Part shown: positions 62,801 through 64,000 of the stretch, one piece after another
Layout: every line of letters begins with the position of its first letter
Numbering within the stretch: position 1 is the stretch's first letter
Assembly (NCBI GenBank): GCA_965235115.1
Contig: OZ249436.1
Location: 16,990,001-17,054,000, forward strand
Source of the DNA: Laetmonice hystrix
Lineage: Eukaryota
Direction: 5' to 3'
DNA length: 64,000 bases
Position numbers and translations under genes: made by a program
The notes under the pieces: model-generated
Told to the model about the DNA's origin: nothing
What the model saw: the letters and a program-made list of their open reading frames with translations, nothing else
The model's database searches: none

Positions 62801-63937
62801 GGTTAACCCACACACTGGAAATCGCACACAGTTTGTGGTCACCCGGTGAAAGTAAAACAAATCCACACAGTTATGCGGGATTTCCACCGGACGCGAGCGA
62901 GCGATTTCATCTTTGACCATTTCCACCAGGTGCGAGCGCAAACCCCAATATGGCAGTGTCTAGTCTTGCGCGTCACGAAGATTTCCTGGTACACAATCTC
63001 GTTACATTGAGCGAGCGAGCGGAAAAATTTGAAAGTTGACCAACTTTAACAAATCGCGTGCATGACAGATGATATGATGTGCGTGCGCATGAGTCTGGTG
63101 GAAATTACTGCAATTACTTCAACTATTTCTACTTTTGAAGCATGCTCGTGCACCAAAACAAAGCACTCGCTCGCGTCCGGTGGAAATCCCGCATTAACCC
63201 ACAGAGTCATTATGGTCAGTGACTCTCGCACTCATTAGTCACAGGCCTACTGTTGGCAAGGGGTTCTGCTGTGCAAACACGGACTCGGTCAGGTCCAACA
63301 TTCGATCAGGAGAAAGCCAACCTGTTGTCTGCTTTCATGTTCTGTTTGTGACAAGGTTAATGGTATCTCCCTCTGAAAGTTGGTCATTTTTACAAAGTGC
63401 CTCTCTTAGCAGATTTTCTTTAGGCCCCGACTGAGGGTAGAAAGTAAGTTACCATGGTTACGAATGTTCACTGAGATGTGAAGGTTGTGGGTGTCTCCCA
63501 GCCTTGTATTCACGTGTTGTGTATTGTTGCCATAGTAACCCCAGCATGTCAAAACTGCAGCACATTTTCTACTCATGTTTGTCCTCTTCTGGAATCATTG
63601 AAGTTGTGTTATACGAGACAGTCGTGAGGTGGTCCAATCTGTTGTTCAGCATACTAATGTTGGTCTGAAATGATTATAATAGGTGGAGTATGTATGTTTG
63701 GTCGAATGTTGTTGGAATTTGATTATATGCCATTTTTTAGTGGCCTCTGTTGCCACCGTAGGTGGATGGTAAGTAACTCTGACCGTGCTTCTTGTGTTTA
63801 GATATAGGTGGCAGCACGGTGAGCAGCCAACTCGGGCAGATCAGTTCAACAACAGCGATGAATGCAGCACCTCCTGATGAGTTTGACATGTTTGCCCAGT
63901 CGCGGCAATCGTTTGACACGAGTCGGGGACAGACAGG
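47876..63937 (+). CDS. TOM1L2: TOM1/TOM1L2-family VHS-GAT endosomal adaptor (invertebrate co-orthologue), 3' end beyond window
   Basis: Exons 47876-47927 ([17 protein letters not shown]), 52410-52494 ([26 protein letters not shown]), 53951-54035, 54494-54640 ([13 protein letters not shown]), 55143-55277 ([20 protein letters not shown]), probable 57249-57314 and 59395-59436, then 60472-60687 ([12 protein letters not shown]), 60938-61016, 61266-61414 ([18 protein letters not shown]), 61901-62093 (LIDLE clathrin-box-like), 63802-63937 (DEFDMFAQ). Confidence 0.93.
50615..51320. repeat. Near-perfect 68-bp minisatellite (~10.4 copies) in TOM1L2 intron 1
   Basis: Unit atgattataaaactgtggtgtacacctggttgacatccccagttgtcccacccacacccgcacagaac; no spacers. 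Confidence 0.97.
52525..53585. repeat. ~43-bp minisatellite with length variants, just after TOM1L2 exon 2
   Basis: Unit cacccaaccttaacctaagtggaccagtcagcctatcaccaat; interrupted by the MITE at 52643-52934. Confidence 0.92.
52643..52934. mobile_element. MITE (possibly MULE-like) inserted into the minisatellite
   Basis: 22-bp TIR aatctaattaaaattagatctt / aagatctaattttaattagatt; further internal inverted similarity (ggggtcacctcagg / cctgaggtgacccc); agcctatcacc (11 bp) on both flanks. Confidence 0.8.
54826..55121. repeat. 39-bp minisatellite (~7.5 copies)
   Basis: Unit tttgacctagatgtacctcagatagatatttgaacgata; ends ~20 nt before the TOM1L2 exon 5 acceptor. Confidence 0.93.
55980..56440. repeat. 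28-bp minisatellite (~16 copies)
   Basis: Unit gaatgttgggtgtacattggcctcgagc. Confidence 0.95.
58306..58922. mobile_element. PIF/Harbinger-like MITE inserted in a degenerate gtaatgaggg tandem repeat
   Basis: TIR ggccgtgttcaca / tgtgaacacggcc; internal tgccggca motifs; flanks tat/taa; the gtaatgagggtttatgctag repeat resumes after it. Confidence 0.8.
61459..61637. mobile_element. PIF/Harbinger-like MITE
   Basis: TIR gggcccgtcttacta / tagtaagacgggccc; flanks CTG/CTA. Confidence 0.78.
62275..62870. repeat. Degenerate AC-rich tandem repeat
   Basis: Recurring cagttaacccacac units. Confidence 0.88.
62874..63193. mobile_element. PIF/Harbinger-like MITE
   Basis: TIR tgcgggatttccaccggacgcgagcgag / ctcgctcgcgtccggtggaaatcccgca, TTA TSD; removing it restores the host repeat cacacagttaacccacag. 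Confidence 0.9.
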
Positions 63938-64000
63938 GTGAGTAAATGGGTCTGCCAAGTGGGTAATATGTATGTTTCCATGGTAACCAACATCTTATAC

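Noticed and set aside
63741..63768. TOM1L2 microexon (ttttag|...|gtaagt)
   Set aside because: 28 nt would shift the frame, and the following intron would be only 33 nt.

Overview
Intron-rich, repeat-rich animal genomic DNA; protein and repeat style suggest a marine invertebrate, possibly a lophotrochozoan (inference). It is not prokaryotic and has no CRISPR array or operon. Five spliced genes were reconstructed by hand from GT-AG sites and reading-frame continuity: (1) the first two coding exons of an R7-family RGS gene (RGS9/11-like, minus strand, presumably continuing left out of the window, not annotated as such in the ORF track); (2) ALYREF/THOC4 (+, complete, 280 aa); (3) SRP68 (-, complete, 599 aa); (4) DRC3/LRRC48 (-, complete, 524 aa); (5) TOM1/TOM1L2 (+, 3' end beyond the window). 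They form two head-to-head pairs, RGS/ALYREF and DRC3/TOM1L2; the second matches the human 17p11.2 arrangement. Introns and intergenic DNA hold many non-autonomous DNA transposons with readable TIRs and TSDs (Academ-like, CACTA-like, PIF/Harbinger-like, Tc1/mariner-like, MULE/Merlin-like, nested 5-bp-TSD MITEs), two tRNA-derived SINE families and many minisatellites. The most notable observations are the DRC3-TOM1L2 pairing with RFX X-box-like motifs and a 6-kb CACTA-like element between the DRC3 stop codon and its probable poly(A) signal. I found no convincing wholly new biological system. Transposon superfamily labels are inferred from terminal signatures only.
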